A stretch of DNA of 64,000 nucleotides from positions 46,948 through 110,947 of the forward strand of contig QKAS01000053.1 in the NCBI GenBank assembly GCA_003246295.1. The letters are read 5' to 3'. The notes under the pieces are model-generated. The model was not told where the DNA came from. It was given only the letters and a program-made list of their open reading frames with translations, and searched no databases. Made by a program: the position numbers and the translations under genes. The stretch is from Clostridia bacterium (GTDB lineage: Bacteria; Bacillota; Clostridia; Lachnospirales; Lachnospiraceae). Below are positions 1 through 10,788 of the stretch, in pieces (the first letter of the stretch is position 1; each line of letters begins with the position of its first letter).

Positions 1-119
1 CATTCCATGGTACCGCTCTGTGCTGTGAACTTTTCAGCTGGTGCTCCACATACTGGACATTTCTCTGGTGCAGAATCTCCTTCGTGAACATAACCACATA
101 CTTGACATACAAATTTCAT
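1..119 (-). CDS. rubrerythrin-family protein, 5' part only (N-terminal rubredoxin-like CxxC...CxxC domain, reverse-rubrerythrin arrangement); continues left of window
   Basis: Hand translation of minus strand from ATG 119-117: [39 protein letters not shown]...; AGGAG about 10 nt upstream; adjacent Fur/PerR-like regulator. Confidence 0.6.
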   Translation of the reverse strand, partial: MKFVCQVCGYVHEGDSAPEKCPVCGAPAEKFTAQSGTME

Positions 120-179
120 AGTTTTAAATCTCCTTTATTTTTAGTTTTTAATTAGTAATGAGGATAGTAAAAAAATGAG

Positions 180-575
180 TTACGACAGCAGTTCCTGACT
201 TGTGCATTTTGGACAGGTACCGTAAAAATAAGTAACATGACCAGAAATTTTCCCATCAAAACCTGCGCCTGCAATCTCGTTAATGTGAGAAAGTGATTCC
301 ATGTTCAGATCTAATACTGATCCACAGTGTGTACATACAAAATGATAATGTAAAGAAATATCTGCATCAAAATGATCAATGCCATCTCCAACCCTAATGC
401 GTGAAATCTCTCCAATTTCGGAAAGCAGCGTCAGATTTCGGTAAACAGTCCCAAGACTGATATTAGGGAATTCTTCCCTCACATTTGTATATACGACATC
501 TGCGGTAGGGTGATCTTTTCTTGTCATTAAAAAACTTTTAATGGCATCTCTTTGTTTGCTATGCTTTAAAATCAT
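180..575 (-). CDS. Fur-family metalloregulator, PerR-like by context
   Basis: 131 aa; winged-helix N-terminus (GTVYRNL), HYHFVCTHCG and C-terminal CPKC zinc motifs typical of Fur family; next to rubrerythrin gene. Confidence 0.85.
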   Translation of the reverse strand: MILKHSKQRDAIKSFLMTRKDHPTADVVYTNVREEFPNISLGTVYRNLTLLSEIGEISRIRVGDGIDHFDADISLHYHFVCTHCGSVLDLNMESLSHINEIAGAGFDGKISGHVTYFYGTCPKCTSQELLS

Positions 576-741
576 CTTTTCTCCTCTAAATAGTAACGAT
601 TACTGTTATTATAATATACGTGAATGTTAAAAATGTCAATATGAATTTTAAAATAAATTATAGTTAAGTTATGGTATAATAATAAAAGAAAAATTGTTTT
701 TCTACAGATATAGTACTTTTTCATAAGAAGGGAGAATTTAT

Positions 742-1917
742 ATGAATGACTTTACATTTTACAGTCCAACTTATTTTGTTTTTGGAAAAAATAAAGAGAG
801 CGAAACAGGGATCTATGTAAAACGCTTTCAAGGGACAAGAGTTTTAATTCATTATGGTGGTGGGTCAGTTATAAAGTCTGGTTTACTTGATCGCGTGAAA
901 AAATCGCTTGATAGTGAAAACATAAGCTATATTGAACTTGGTGGAGTAAAACCAAATCCACGAAGTGGACTTGTGTATGAAGGCATTGAACTATGTCGAA
1001 AAGAAAAGGTAGATTTTATACTTGCAGTAGGGGGTGGAAGTACGATTGATTCTGCCAAGGCGATAGCAGCAGGTGTAGTATATGAAGGCGATTTCTGGGA
1101 CTTTTATCAGGGACTTCCTATTACAAAAGCGCTTCCGGTTGGAACGATTCTTACGATTGCAGCAGCAGGTAGCGAAGGATCGCCGGATTCTGTTATTACA
1201 AAAGAAGAGGGAATGTTCAAAAGAGGTGCATCAGGAGAAGCGATTAGACCGATATTTTCAATTTTAAACCCAGAGCTGACGATGTCTCTTCCAGCATATC
1301 AGACGGCATGTGGTGCAACTGATATTATGGCACATGTGTTTGAAAGATATTTTACGAATACAAAGGATGTTGAAATTACTGACAGAATGTGCGAAGCAGT
1401 TCTTTTAACAATGGTCAAGGAAGTACCAAAAGTAATAACGAATCCTAATGATTATGAAGCAAGAGCAAATATTATGTGGGCAGGTATGGTGGCACATAAT
1501 AATTTATGTGGTGTTGGAAGAGAACAGGATTGGGCAAGCCATGATATAGAGCATGAATTATCTGCTGTTTATGACTGTGCGCACGGAGCAGGGCTGGCAG
1601 TTGTATTTCCAGCATGGATGAAATATGTTTATCACCATGACATTATGAGATTTGCAAAAATTGCAAATAGAGTATGGGGATGTGATATGAATTTTGATAA
1701 TCCAGAAGAGACCGCACTTGAAGGAATTAATAGATTAGAGGGATTTTTAAAATCGATAGGTATGCCACAGAATTTTACAGAGTTAGGAGCATCAGAAAAA
1801 GATATTGAAAGGATGGCAGATACAGCGTGCTATGGTAATGGACGAAGCGGCGAGATTGGTGGATTTATGAAATTGAAAAAAGAGGATGTGGAAAAAATTT
1901 ACCGTCTCATGCTTTGA
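742..1917 (+). CDS. iron-containing (group III) alcohol dehydrogenase, butanol dehydrogenase/YqhD-like
   Basis: 391 aa; GGGS(T/V)IDSAK nucleotide motif, conserved His cluster (HxxxH, HDIEHELS, AHGAG); GGAG RBS. Confidence 0.9.
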   Translation: MNDFTFYSPTYFVFGKNKESETGIYVKRFQGTRVLIHYGGGSVIKSGLLDRVKKSLDSENISYIELGGVKPNPRSGLVYEGIELCRKEKVDFILAVGGGSTIDSAKAIAAGVVYEGDFWDFYQGLPITKALPVGTILTIAAAGSEGSPDSVITKEEGMFKRGASGEAIRPIFSILNPELTMSLPAYQTACGATDIMAHVFERYFTNTKDVEITDRMCEAVLLTMVKEVPKVITNPNDYEARANIMWAGMVAHNNLCGVGREQDWASHDIEHELSAVYDCAHGAGLAVVFPAWMKYVYHHDIMRFAKIANRVWGCDMNFDNPEETALEGINRLEGFLKSIGMPQNFTELGASEKDIERMADTACYGNGRSGEIGGFMKLKKEDVEKIYRLML

Positions 1918-1957
1918 CTTCATTAAACTTTTAATATTTTGTAAATAATAAAATCAT

Positions 1958-1995
1958 AAAACTCTCCGAAACAACCTATTTCGGAGAGTTTTTTA
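1958..1995 (+). terminator. rho-independent terminator after the alcohol dehydrogenase gene
   Basis: actctccgaa / ttcggagagt 10-bp stem, 9-nt loop, then T-run. Confidence 0.8.
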
Positions 1996-2119
1996 ATAAA
2001 TATTTTAGAATATTATTCAGCTAACTTTATTCATTCAGGCAGGAAATGTGCTATAATTCATACAATTGAAACTTTTATTTAGAAAATAGATACAAGCATG
2101 TGATCTATCGGAGTGATTT

Positions 2120-3604
2120 ATGAAATTAAAAACAAGATTGTTGGTAACCTTTTTAACGATCATATTATTACCAGTTGTATTAAGTGGCATAGCGTTTGCT
2201 GGAATTGGACTTACATTGATTCGCGCGCAGTCAGATAATCTGGATATGAAAATTGCAGACTATTTTATGTTTTCTGATTCTGCTCAAACGTATAGTAAAG
2301 CAACAGAAGAAATATTTACAAGTCTTCAGCAACAAGCTGATTTAAATGCAGCAAACTTTGAATCGGAACAGTTTTTAGAAGAAGTTGGAAGATCCTTGGA
2401 AGGTAAATCTTCTTATTTACTTGTTAGAAAAAATAGTGATATATATTATACGAATAATCCTAAAGCAGCAGAAAGGATATTTGATATCCTACCTGAATAT
2501 GGAGATGAAACTGAAAATTCAGGAATGGGTTATTTTTATGATGACTTACAAAAACTAGTAAAGCAAATTGATTTTTCTTTTCAGGATGGAAGTCAGGGAA
2601 GTGTTTTTGTAATTACAAAAATCAATAGCATTATATCTAGATCTTTTCTTATGGATATGTTTATAGCAATTGTATTGATTCTTGTATTTACAAGTATTAT
2701 GTTAACGCGATGGATTCATAAAGGTGTGTTCAAACCAATTGAAGAACTGAACCTTGCAATGCAACAGATTGCAGATGGAAATTTTGATTATGTACTCACA
2801 GCAAAATGTGATGGAGAGTTAGAAGAAAATTATAAGAACTATGAAGAGATGCGATTAAGACTGAAAGAATCTGCTGAAGAGAAGATTCAAAATGACAGAA
2901 AAAACAGAGAATTAATTAGTAATATATCGCATGACCTCAAGACACCTATTACAGCAATTAAAGGATATGTTGAAGGAATTATGGATGGTGTAGCAGATAC
3001 ACCTGAAAAGATGGAAAAATATATAAAAACCATCTATAATAAAGCAAATGATATGGATCGTTTAATCAATGAGCTTACAATTTATTCAGGAATTGATTCC
3101 AATAGAATTCCATATAACTTCCATAAAATCAATGTTTCAGATTATTTTGGAGATTGTATTGAAGATGTTGGGCTTGATTTGGAATCCAAGAATATTGAGT
3201 TAAATTACTCAAACCTTGTTACAGCAGATACTATGATTATTGCAGATCCGGAACAGCTTAAGCGTGTCATTAACAATATTGTTGGAAATAGTGTAAAATA
3301 TATGGATAAGAAAAAAGGTATGATTGATATCAGAATCCTTGATGAAATCGATTCTATCCGAGTAGAAATTGAAGACAATGGAAAAGGAATTTCAGCAAAA
3401 GACTTACCAAATATATTTGAACGTTTTTTCAGAACAGATGCCTCAAGGAATTCTTCAAAAGGAGGCAGTGGAATTGGTTTGTCGATTGTTAAGAAAATTA
3501 TTGAAGACCATGGTGGTTACATCTGGGCAACCAGTAGAGAAAATGAAGGAACCTGTTTACATTTTGTAATTAGAAAATACAGAGAGGCTGAGACAAATGA
3601 GTAG
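2120..3604 (+). CDS. sensor histidine kinase (two TM segments, HAMP, HisKA, HATPase_c)
   Basis: H-box SHDLKTPIT, N box NNIVGNSVKY, G boxes DNGKGI and GGSGIGLS. Confidence 0.9.
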   Translation: MKLKTRLLVTFLTIILLPVVLSGIAFAGIGLTLIRAQSDNLDMKIADYFMFSDSAQTYSKATEEIFTSLQQQADLNAANFESEQFLEEVGRSLEGKSSYLLVRKNSDIYYTNNPKAAERIFDILPEYGDETENSGMGYFYDDLQKLVKQIDFSFQDGSQGSVFVITKINSIISRSFLMDMFIAIVLILVFTSIMLTRWIHKGVFKPIEELNLAMQQIADGNFDYVLTAKCDGELEENYKNYEEMRLRLKESAEEKIQNDRKNRELISNISHDLKTPITAIKGYVEGIMDGVADTPEKMEKYIKTIYNKANDMDRLINELTIYSGIDSNRIPYNFHKINVSDYFGDCIEDVGLDLESKNIELNYSNLVTADTMIIADPEQLKRVINNIVGNSVKYMDKKKGMIDIRILDEIDSIRVEIEDNGKGISAKDLPNIFERFFRTDASRNSSKGGSGIGLSIVKKIIEDHGGYIWATSRENEGTCLHFVIRKYREAETNE

Positions 3605-4286
3605 AATATTAATAATTGAAGATGAAGAAGCAATTGCAGATTTAGAGAAAGACTATTTGGAACTTAGTGAATTTGAAGTAGAAATTGAAAATGCAGGAGA
3701 TACAGGTCTTGCAAGAGCACTGGAAGGAGATTTTGATCTTGTTATTCTTGATTTAATGCTTCCTGGAGCGGATGGCTTTGAAGTCTGCAAAAAAATTAGG
3801 GAAGAAAAGAATATTCCAATTCTAATGGTATCTGCAAAGAAAGATGATATTGATAAAATCAGAGGACTTGGTCTGGGTGCTGACGATTATATGACAAAAC
3901 CTTTTAGTCCAAGTGAACTTGTTGCTAGGGTTAAAGCACATCTTACCAGATATGATAGACTGACAGGTACACACAATAAGGAAAACGATATTGTAGAAAT
4001 ACGTGGAATCAGAATTGATAAGACAGCAAGAAGAGTTTATATTGATGGAGAAGAAAAGAACTTTACAACAAAAGAATTTGATCTTCTTACTTTTCTTGCA
4101 GAAAATCCAAATCATGTTTATACAAAAGAAGAATTATTCAGAGAAATATGGGATATGGACTCTATTGGTGATATTGCTACTGTAACAGTACATATTAAAA
4201 AAATTCGTGAGAAAATTGAATTTGATACTGCAAAACCACAGTATATAGAAACGATTTGGGGAGTTGGTTATCGATTCAAGGTCTGA
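3597..4286 (+). CDS. OmpR-family response regulator
   Basis: Receiver domain (DLMLPGADG, KP motif) plus winged-helix C-terminus (GVGYRF); overlaps kinase gene by 8 nt. Confidence 0.92.
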   Translation: MSRILIIEDEEAIADLEKDYLELSEFEVEIENAGDTGLARALEGDFDLVILDLMLPGADGFEVCKKIREEKNIPILMVSAKKDDIDKIRGLGLGADDYMTKPFSPSELVARVKAHLTRYDRLTGTHNKENDIVEIRGIRIDKTARRVYIDGEEKNFTTKEFDLLTFLAENPNHVYTKEELFREIWDMDSIGDIATVTVHIKKIREKIEFDTAKPQYIETIWGVGYRFKV

Positions 4287-4334
4287 TACCTGTTAAAATT
4301 TATAATACTAAAATAAAGATAGCGAGCATTTCAT

Positions 4335-5012
4335 TTGGAAAACACATCTAATTTAAAAATTATTTATGAAGATAGTGATATCATTGTAATACATAAGCCT
4401 TCTGGGTTGGCAACGCAAACTGGAAATGTAGGATCAAAAGATGTAATCAGTGAGTTAAAACGATATCTTTTCCAACAGCAGAGTAAAAAAATGGAACCTT
4501 ATGTCGGTCTGGTTCATAGACTTGATCAGCCGGTTGAGGGACTTCTTGTTGTTGCTAAAAACCCAAAAGCAGCAAAAGAAATGAGTCGCCAGTTATTGGA
4601 TGGAACCTTAAATAAGGATTACTGTGCTCTTGTTTATGGAATCCCAGAAGACGAGGGAACATGGATTAACTGGTTGAAACATGACAAGAAAAATAACAGA
4701 TCTGATGTGATAGTTCAGGAACTCAGAGATGCAAAAAAGGCAGAACTTAATTATAAGGTATTAGAAAAGAAGGACAACTACTGTCGTGTTCAGATTAAAT
4801 TAACCACAGGAAGGCATCATCAGATTAGGGTACAATTTGCTGCAAATGGGCATCCACTTCTCGGGGATAATAAGTATGGCAACCCCGAAAGCAAGGAGCT
4901 CTCTGTAAAATTAAAAATTCCTGCAGTTGCACTCTGTGCAAATAAAATTGCATTTAAACATCCTACATTAAATAAAACGCTTCAGTTTGAAATTGTGCCA
5001 CGACAGTTTTGA
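4335..5012 (+). CDS. RluA-family pseudouridine synthase (no S4 domain)
   Basis: HRLDQPVEG catalytic-Asp motif, GRHHQIR motif; TTG start as in ORF track, start uncertain. Confidence 0.85.
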   Translation: MENTSNLKIIYEDSDIIVIHKPSGLATQTGNVGSKDVISELKRYLFQQQSKKMEPYVGLVHRLDQPVEGLLVVAKNPKAAKEMSRQLLDGTLNKDYCALVYGIPEDEGTWINWLKHDKKNNRSDVIVQELRDAKKAELNYKVLEKKDNYCRVQIKLTTGRHHQIRVQFAANGHPLLGDNKYGNPESKELSVKLKIPAVALCANKIAFKHPTLNKTLQFEIVPRQF

Positions 5013-5069
5013 TGTTCATTGATATATAAAGAAATTCATGTATTATAAATAAAAGGATAAAGTTGCAGG

Positions 5070-5098
5070 TTGACAAGTCTGATTTATTTGAATACAAT
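5070..5098 (+). promoter_or_regulatory. sigmaA-type promoter for the proS leader
   Basis: TTGACA (5070-5075), 17-nt spacer, TACAAT (5093-5098). Confidence 0.6.
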
Positions 5099-5357
5099 CG
5101 TTTTAGTAATAAATGTGTATTTTTATTAAAATACGTGATTATGATGTGGAAAAGGATTAGTATAGATTAAAACCGACACAGAGAAAAAATCAAGTGGTGA
5201 AAGATTTTTACGGAGATAATCAGGAACCTACCTTGGAGTCCTGTATGAAAATACAGCGTTGACAGGCGTTAACTGTAACTTGAGATGGGCATGTTTATGC
5301 CAATTAGGGTGGTACCGCCGAAGCTTTCGGTCCCTTTGGGACAGAAGGCTTTTTTAT
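5099..5357 (+). promoter_or_regulatory. T-box riboswitch leader, proline specifier (CCU)
   Basis: Conserved T-box sequence aattagGGTGGTACCGCc at 5302-5319. Putative specifier loop GAA-CCU-A with CCU at 5227-5229. Terminator stem 5323-5350 followed by TTTTTT, immediately upstream of proS. Confidence 0.85.
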
Positions 5358-5378
5358 ATTTATAAAAGGAGAAAAGAA

Positions 5379-6812
5379 ATGGCAAACGAAAAAAAACTTG
5401 TCGAGGCAATTACTTCTATGGAAGTAGATTTTGCACAATGGTATACGGATGTTGTAAAAAAAGCAGAGCTGATCACTTATTCTAGTGTAAAGGGATGTAT
5501 GATAATCAAGCCAGCAGGATATGCTATATGGGAGTTGATTCAACAGCAACTCGATCAGCGTTTCAAAGAAACAGGTGTTGAAAATGTATACATGCCAATG
5601 TTTATCCCGGAGAGTCTGTTAAATAAAGAAAAGGATCATGTTGAAGGATTTGCCCCAGAAGTTGCGTGGGTAACACATGGAGGACTGAATCCACTTCAGG
5701 AGCGTTTATGTGTCAGACCGACATCAGAAACTTTATTCTGTGATTTCTACAAAAATGATATTCAGTCCTATCGTGACCTTCCAAAAGTTTATAATCAATG
5801 GTGTAGTGTTGTCAGATGGGAAAAAGAAACAAGACCATTTTTAAGATCAAGAGAATTCTTATGGCAGGAAGGACATACAGCACATGCAACTGCAGAAGAT
5901 GCAGAGGATAGAACGATACAGATGTTAAATGTATATGCTGATTTTTGTGAAAATGTACTTGCAATTCCAGTTATTAAAGGACGTAAAACTGAAAAAGAAA
6001 AATTTGCAGGTGCAGAAGCGACCTATACAATTGAAGCATTGATGCATGATGGAAAAGCACTTCAATCAGGAACAAGCCATAATTTTGGTGATGGCTTTGC
6101 AAAAGCATTTGAAATTCAGTTTACGGATAAAGATAATTCTTTAAAACATGTACACCAGACATCATGGGGAATGTCAACCAGAATTATTGGTGCAATTATT
6201 ATGGTGCATGGAGATAATTCAGGGTTAGTTCTTCCGCCAAAAGTTGCGCCTGTGCAGATTATGGTTATTCCAATTCAGCAAAAAAGAGAGGGTGTTCTTG
6301 AGAAGGCAACTGAAGTTAAGAATAGACTTTCTGATTTTCGTGTTAGATTAGATGACTCAGATAAAAGTCCTGGATGGAAATTTTCTGAACAGGAAATGAG
6401 AGGAATACCAATTAGAATTGAACTCGGACCAAAAGACATTGAAGCAGGAAAATGTGTTATGGTTCGCAGAGATACTGGAGAAAAATTAGAAGTATCTCTA
6501 GAAGATGTCGAAGTAAAAGCAAAAGAATTGTTAGAGACAATTCAGGAAGAAATGCTTGAACGGGCAAAAAACCATGTTGCGACACATACATATGAAGCAA
6601 CAGATTTTACTGAATTTGAAAAGACTTTAAATGAGAAACCAGGATTTATCAAAGCTTTATGGTGTGAAGAGCAGGCTTGTGAAGAAGAAATCAAAGAAAA
6701 GACTGGTGCAACAAGCAGATGTATGCCATTTGATCAAGGAAAAATAGAAGGAAAATGCGTTTGCTGCGGCAAACCAGCAAAAAAAATGGTATACTGGGGA
6801 AGAGCATATTAA
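5379..6812 (+). CDS. proS: prolyl-tRNA synthetase (archaeal/eukaryote-like short form)
   Basis: 477 aa from [13 protein letters not shown] with GGAG RBS; class II aaRS motifs; C-terminal Cys-rich end with terminal Y. The ORF-track start at 5259 runs through the T-box and is rejected. Confidence 0.93.
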   Translation: MANEKKLVEAITSMEVDFAQWYTDVVKKAELITYSSVKGCMIIKPAGYAIWELIQQQLDQRFKETGVENVYMPMFIPESLLNKEKDHVEGFAPEVAWVTHGGLNPLQERLCVRPTSETLFCDFYKNDIQSYRDLPKVYNQWCSVVRWEKETRPFLRSREFLWQEGHTAHATAEDAEDRTIQMLNVYADFCENVLAIPVIKGRKTEKEKFAGAEATYTIEALMHDGKALQSGTSHNFGDGFAKAFEIQFTDKDNSLKHVHQTSWGMSTRIIGAIIMVHGDNSGLVLPPKVAPVQIMVIPIQQKREGVLEKATEVKNRLSDFRVRLDDSDKSPGWKFSEQEMRGIPIRIELGPKDIEAGKCVMVRRDTGEKLEVSLEDVEVKAKELLETIQEEMLERAKNHVATHTYEATDFTEFEKTLNEKPGFIKALWCEEQACEEEIKEKTGATSRCMPFDQGKIEGKCVCCGKPAKKMVYWGRAY

Positions 6813-6825
6813 TAATGACTGACAT

Positions 6826-6852
6826 GAAGGCTCTAATTTTATTAGAGCCTTC
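6826..6852 (+). terminator. perfect 12-bp hairpin after proS (weak U-tract)
   Basis: gaaggctctaat ttt attagagccttc; no strong T-run, so termination efficiency uncertain. Confidence 0.5.
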
Positions 6853-6885
6853 GTAATAACAAAAAGATTAAGATAGGAGATAAGA

Positions 6886-8079
6886 ATGAATATATTAGTT
6901 ATAAACTGTGGAAGTTCATCACTGAAATACCAGCTGATCCAATCTGATACGGAAGAAGTATTGGCAAAAGGTCTGTGTGAGAGAATAGGAATTGATGGCG
7001 GAATGATGGTTCATCAGGCGGGTCAGGGAGAAAAAATCAAAAAACCACTGGAGATGAAAACCCATACAGTTGCAGTGAAAGAAGTGATTGCAATTCTTAC
7101 GGATTCTGAGATAGGTGTTATTAGTTCTTTGGGGGAAATAGGTGCAGTAGGACATAGAATTGTTCATGGTGGAGAAAAATTCTCACATTCAACAATTTTA
7201 ACAGAAGAAGTTTTACGTGAAATTGAAAGCTGTAATGATCTTGCGCCACTTCATAATCCGGCGAATCTCATCGGAATTCGTTCCTGCCAGGAAATTATGC
7301 CTGAAGTAACAATGGTTGGAGTATTTGATACGGCGTTTCACCAGACTATGCCTAGAAAGGCTTTTCTTTATGGAATCCCATATGAGTATTATGAAAAATA
7401 TAAAGTCAGAAGATACGGATTTCATGGAACAAGTCACGAATTTGTAGCCAGACGTTCCGCTGAAATTGTTGGAAAAGAATTTGAAGCATGCAAGATTATT
7501 GTTTGTCATTTAGGAAATGGCGCAAGTATTTCGGCAGTGAAAAATGGTGAAAGCATTGATACCAGTATGGGAATGACACCATTGGAAGGACTGATCATGG
7601 GGACACGTTCAGGCGATATCGATCCTGCAATCATATCATTTCTCTGTGAAAAAGAGCAGCTAGATGCACAAGCTGTGATTGATATCTTAAACAAGAAGTC
7701 AGGCGTTCTTGGAATTTCGCAGTTTTCAAGTGATTTCCGCGATCTTGCTGAAGCAAGCGCACAGGGCAATGATCTGGCCACTGCTGCACTGGATGCATAT
7801 GCATATAGAGTTGGAAAATATATAGGCTCTTATGCAGCTGCTATGAATGGAGTTGACATCATAGCATTTACAGCAGGCGCAGGAGAAAACAATGCAGAAG
7901 TCAGAACACTGATTGGGCAGTACATAGGATTTCTAGGCACAAATATCAATACAGAGAAGAACAAGACCAGAGGAGAGGAAGTAATTCTATCTGATGAAGG
8001 TTCAAAAGTTGTAACTATGATTGTTCCAACGAATGAAGAACTTGCGATAGCACGTGAAACACTACGTCTTGCTAAATAA
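6886..8079 (+). CDS. ackA: acetate kinase
   Basis: 397 aa; N-terminal ILVINCGSSSLKY signature, typical length. Confidence 0.95.
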   Translation: MNILVINCGSSSLKYQLIQSDTEEVLAKGLCERIGIDGGMMVHQAGQGEKIKKPLEMKTHTVAVKEVIAILTDSEIGVISSLGEIGAVGHRIVHGGEKFSHSTILTEEVLREIESCNDLAPLHNPANLIGIRSCQEIMPEVTMVGVFDTAFHQTMPRKAFLYGIPYEYYEKYKVRRYGFHGTSHEFVARRSAEIVGKEFEACKIIVCHLGNGASISAVKNGESIDTSMGMTPLEGLIMGTRSGDIDPAIISFLCEKEQLDAQAVIDILNKKSGVLGISQFSSDFRDLAEASAQGNDLATAALDAYAYRVGKYIGSYAAAMNGVDIIAFTAGAGENNAEVRTLIGQYIGFLGTNINTEKNKTRGEEVILSDEGSKVVTMIVPTNEELAIARETLRLAK

Positions 8080-8123
8080 TTATTTTGCAAAGTTTAATAT
8101 CTGATGAGGGAATGAGAATATTT

Positions 8124-9458
8124 ATGAAGATCAGTCTACCGGAAAAAGTGAATAAAATTATAGAAACCCTGAATGATGCAGGGTTCGAAGCGTTTGCCGT
8201 CGGAGGCTGTATCAGAGATTCTTTACTTGGAAGAGAACCTGAAGACTGGGATATTACGACATCTGCGAGCCCTCAAGAGGTGAAAGAATTATTTCCCAGA
8301 ACTGTAGATACTGGTATTTTACATGGTACAGTTACGGTAATGATTGGAAAAGAAGCATTTGAGGTCACTACATATAGAATTGATGGGGAATATGAAAATT
8401 CCCGCCATCCCAAGTCAGTCATTTTTACAGATAATCTTGTTGAAGACTTAAAACGCAGAGATTTTACAATCAATGCAATGGCATATAATGAACAAACCGG
8501 ATTAGTTGATGTTTTTGAAGGTGTTCATGATCTTACACATAAATTAATAAGGTGTGTTGGGAATGCAAGAGAAAGATTTAGTGAGGATGCACTTAGAATA
8601 CTTCGCGCAATCCGATTTTCAGCACAGCTTGGTTATGATATTGAAGAAGGTACACAGGATGCTATAAAAGCACAAGCGATTGATTTGTCAAAGATCAGTG
8701 CAGAAAGAATTAGGACTGAACTGATTAAACTGATTATCTCAGAGCATCCTGAAAAGCTAATGGTAGCTTATGATGCCCATGTTACTGCAACGATTCTGCC
8801 TGAGTTTGATAAAATGATGAAAACACCTCAGAACAATCCGCATCATAGATATAATGTTGGAGAACATACCATCAAAGCAATCTGTTATTGTGAGCCAGAT
8901 AAAATACTCAGGCTAGCACTGCTTTTTCATGACATTGGAAAAATTGAATGCAGAACAACTGACATAGATAAAATAGATCATTTTTATCACCATGCTTCCC
9001 ATAGTTATGAAATAACAAAAGGAATTATGAAGAGGCTGAAGTTTGACAATGAAACAATGCGATTCGTACTCAAACTTGTAAAATATCATGATATTAATAT
9101 TGGTCAGAGCTCTGCTGATGTTCGAAAGGCTATTTATGAAGTAGGAGAAGATATTTTTCCGCTTCTTTTAAAAGTAAAAGAAGCTGATATGATGGCTCAG
9201 AGTGAATTAAGAAGAAAACAAAAAGAAGAGATACTCAGGAATATAAAAAAAACATATCATCAGATATTAGAACGTCAGGACTGTATTTCGCTTAAAACAC
9301 TTGCAGTTTCTGGTGCAGATTTAATTCAGGCAGGTAGGAAGCCGGGGAAAGAAATTGGGGTATTATTAGAAACGATTCTTAAATTGGTCTTAGAACATCC
9401 TGACTGGAATCAGAAAGAATACCTGTTGAACATGATTGCACAGGAGGAGATTCATTGA
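8124..9458 (+). CDS. cca: CCA-adding tRNA nucleotidyltransferase with HD domain
   Basis: GGCIRD plus DWD nucleotidyltransferase motifs, RDFTINA, HDIGK HD motif. Start moved to ATG 8124 (GAGGGA 12 nt upstream); the track start 8085 is a TTG just after ackA. Confidence 0.85.
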   Translation: MKISLPEKVNKIIETLNDAGFEAFAVGGCIRDSLLGREPEDWDITTSASPQEVKELFPRTVDTGILHGTVTVMIGKEAFEVTTYRIDGEYENSRHPKSVIFTDNLVEDLKRRDFTINAMAYNEQTGLVDVFEGVHDLTHKLIRCVGNARERFSEDALRILRAIRFSAQLGYDIEEGTQDAIKAQAIDLSKISAERIRTELIKLIISEHPEKLMVAYDAHVTATILPEFDKMMKTPQNNPHHRYNVGEHTIKAICYCEPDKILRLALLFHDIGKIECRTTDIDKIDHFYHHASHSYEITKGIMKRLKFDNETMRFVLKLVKYHDINIGQSSADVRKAIYEVGEDIFPLLLKVKEADMMAQSELRRKQKEEILRNIKKTYHQILERQDCISLKTLAVSGADLIQAGRKPGKEIGVLLETILKLVLEHPDWNQKEYLLNMIAQEEIH

Positions 9459-10777
9459 AAAAAATAATTCTGTTTATTTTATTGACATTGATGAGTCTGC
9501 TTTTTAGTGCTTGCAGTTTTACAGATAATAAAAAAGAAATTCAGTTTTCGGATTCGCAAACATCCAAGGAAACAGGATATAATAGAGAGGCAGCAGGGTT
9601 TTACGATTCTGCTGATACTTCAGTTATTATTTCTATTGTTCCAGAAGAAAAGAAAATAACGTTTCATAATTTTAAGATTGGTAAGAATTATACACTTAAG
9701 TATGATGGCGCAACAGTGATTTCTGATAAGTATGGAACAGGTATGGCCATGACACAGGTATCTCCAGGTGACATCGTCGATATAACATTCTATAAACTGG
9801 CAAAACGACTAAACACAATGGCGTTATCGAGTCAGTCCTGGGATTTTTCTAATGTTAGAAAATTTGAAATTTCATCAAACCAAAGAAAATTTTATATTGC
9901 TGAGGAAGAATATGCGCTGCATGAAAATGTCGTTGTTATTTCAGATAACCAACAGGGAGAATTAACAGATTTAAACCAGTGTGATATTCTTTCAGTCAGA
10001 GGAATTGATCATGAAATAATGAGCATAAATGTTGAAAAAGGACATGGTTATTTAAGGCTTACAAATGAAGAATATTTTGTCGGTGGTTGGATTGAAGTAG
10101 GTCAGGAACTAATACAGCCAATTACAGATGATATGCTTTTAGTGGTTCCAGAAGGAACCTATCAGGTTCTGTTAACAAATACTGGAATAGAAACAACACG
10201 TGAGATTACAATTGAGAGAAATGGTGAAATAGAACTTGATGTAGGAGATGTTACACCGGCTGAAAAAAAATTTGGACAAATTTTATTTAGTGTTAGCCCG
10301 ACAGATGCTCAGATTTACTTAGATGGGACCTTAACTGATGCAAAAAAACCGGTATCACTAGAGTATGGAATTCACCAGATGATTGCAAAAGCGGAAGGAT
10401 ATGAAACTTTATCACAATATATTAAGGTTGGTCAGGAGTATGCCAATATTAATATTGAAATGGAGACTTCAAAAGAAGATCAAGAGGTAGATACAGAGAA
10501 TTCTGCGTCAGTTTCAGCAAATACAGTCACATCAAACAATACAGTACTTTCGTCAACGAATCAGACATCAAAAATTTTCATTGAAGCTCCAGAAGGTGCT
10601 GAGGTATATCTGGATACGAATTATGTTGGAATTGTTCCGATCAGTTTTGATAAAACTGCAGGAACACACGTTATAACGCTAAGAAAGAGTGGATTTGTTA
10701 CAAAGAGTTATACAATTCAGGTAGATAGTACGAAAAAGGACATTACTTATTCTTTTTCAAATCTGAACAGTGAATAG
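9455..10777 (+). CDS. PEGA-domain lipoprotein
   Basis: Signal peptide with lipobox-like LLFSAC; two C-terminal PEGA-like repeats (GYETLSQYIKV, SGFVTKSYTIQV); TTG start overlapping cca stop, GGAGGAG RBS. Confidence 0.7.
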   Translation: MKKIILFILLTLMSLLFSACSFTDNKKEIQFSDSQTSKETGYNREAAGFYDSADTSVIISIVPEEKKITFHNFKIGKNYTLKYDGATVISDKYGTGMAMTQVSPGDIVDITFYKLAKRLNTMALSSQSWDFSNVRKFEISSNQRKFYIAEEEYALHENVVVISDNQQGELTDLNQCDILSVRGIDHEIMSINVEKGHGYLRLTNEEYFVGGWIEVGQELIQPITDDMLLVVPEGTYQVLLTNTGIETTREITIERNGEIELDVGDVTPAEKKFGQILFSVSPTDAQIYLDGTLTDAKKPVSLEYGIHQMIAKAEGYETLSQYIKVGQEYANINIEMETSKEDQEVDTENSASVSANTVTSNNTVLSSTNQTSKIFIEAPEGAEVYLDTNYVGIVPISFDKTAGTHVITLRKSGFVTKSYTIQVDSTKKDITYSFSNLNSE

Positions 10778-10788
10778 AAAGAGGTACC

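Noticed and set aside
5259-5378. N-terminal 40-codon extension of proS given by the ORF track
   Set aside because: It overlaps the T-box sequence and its terminator, and has no RBS. The ATG at 5379 has a GGAG RBS and gives a normal ProRS N-terminus.
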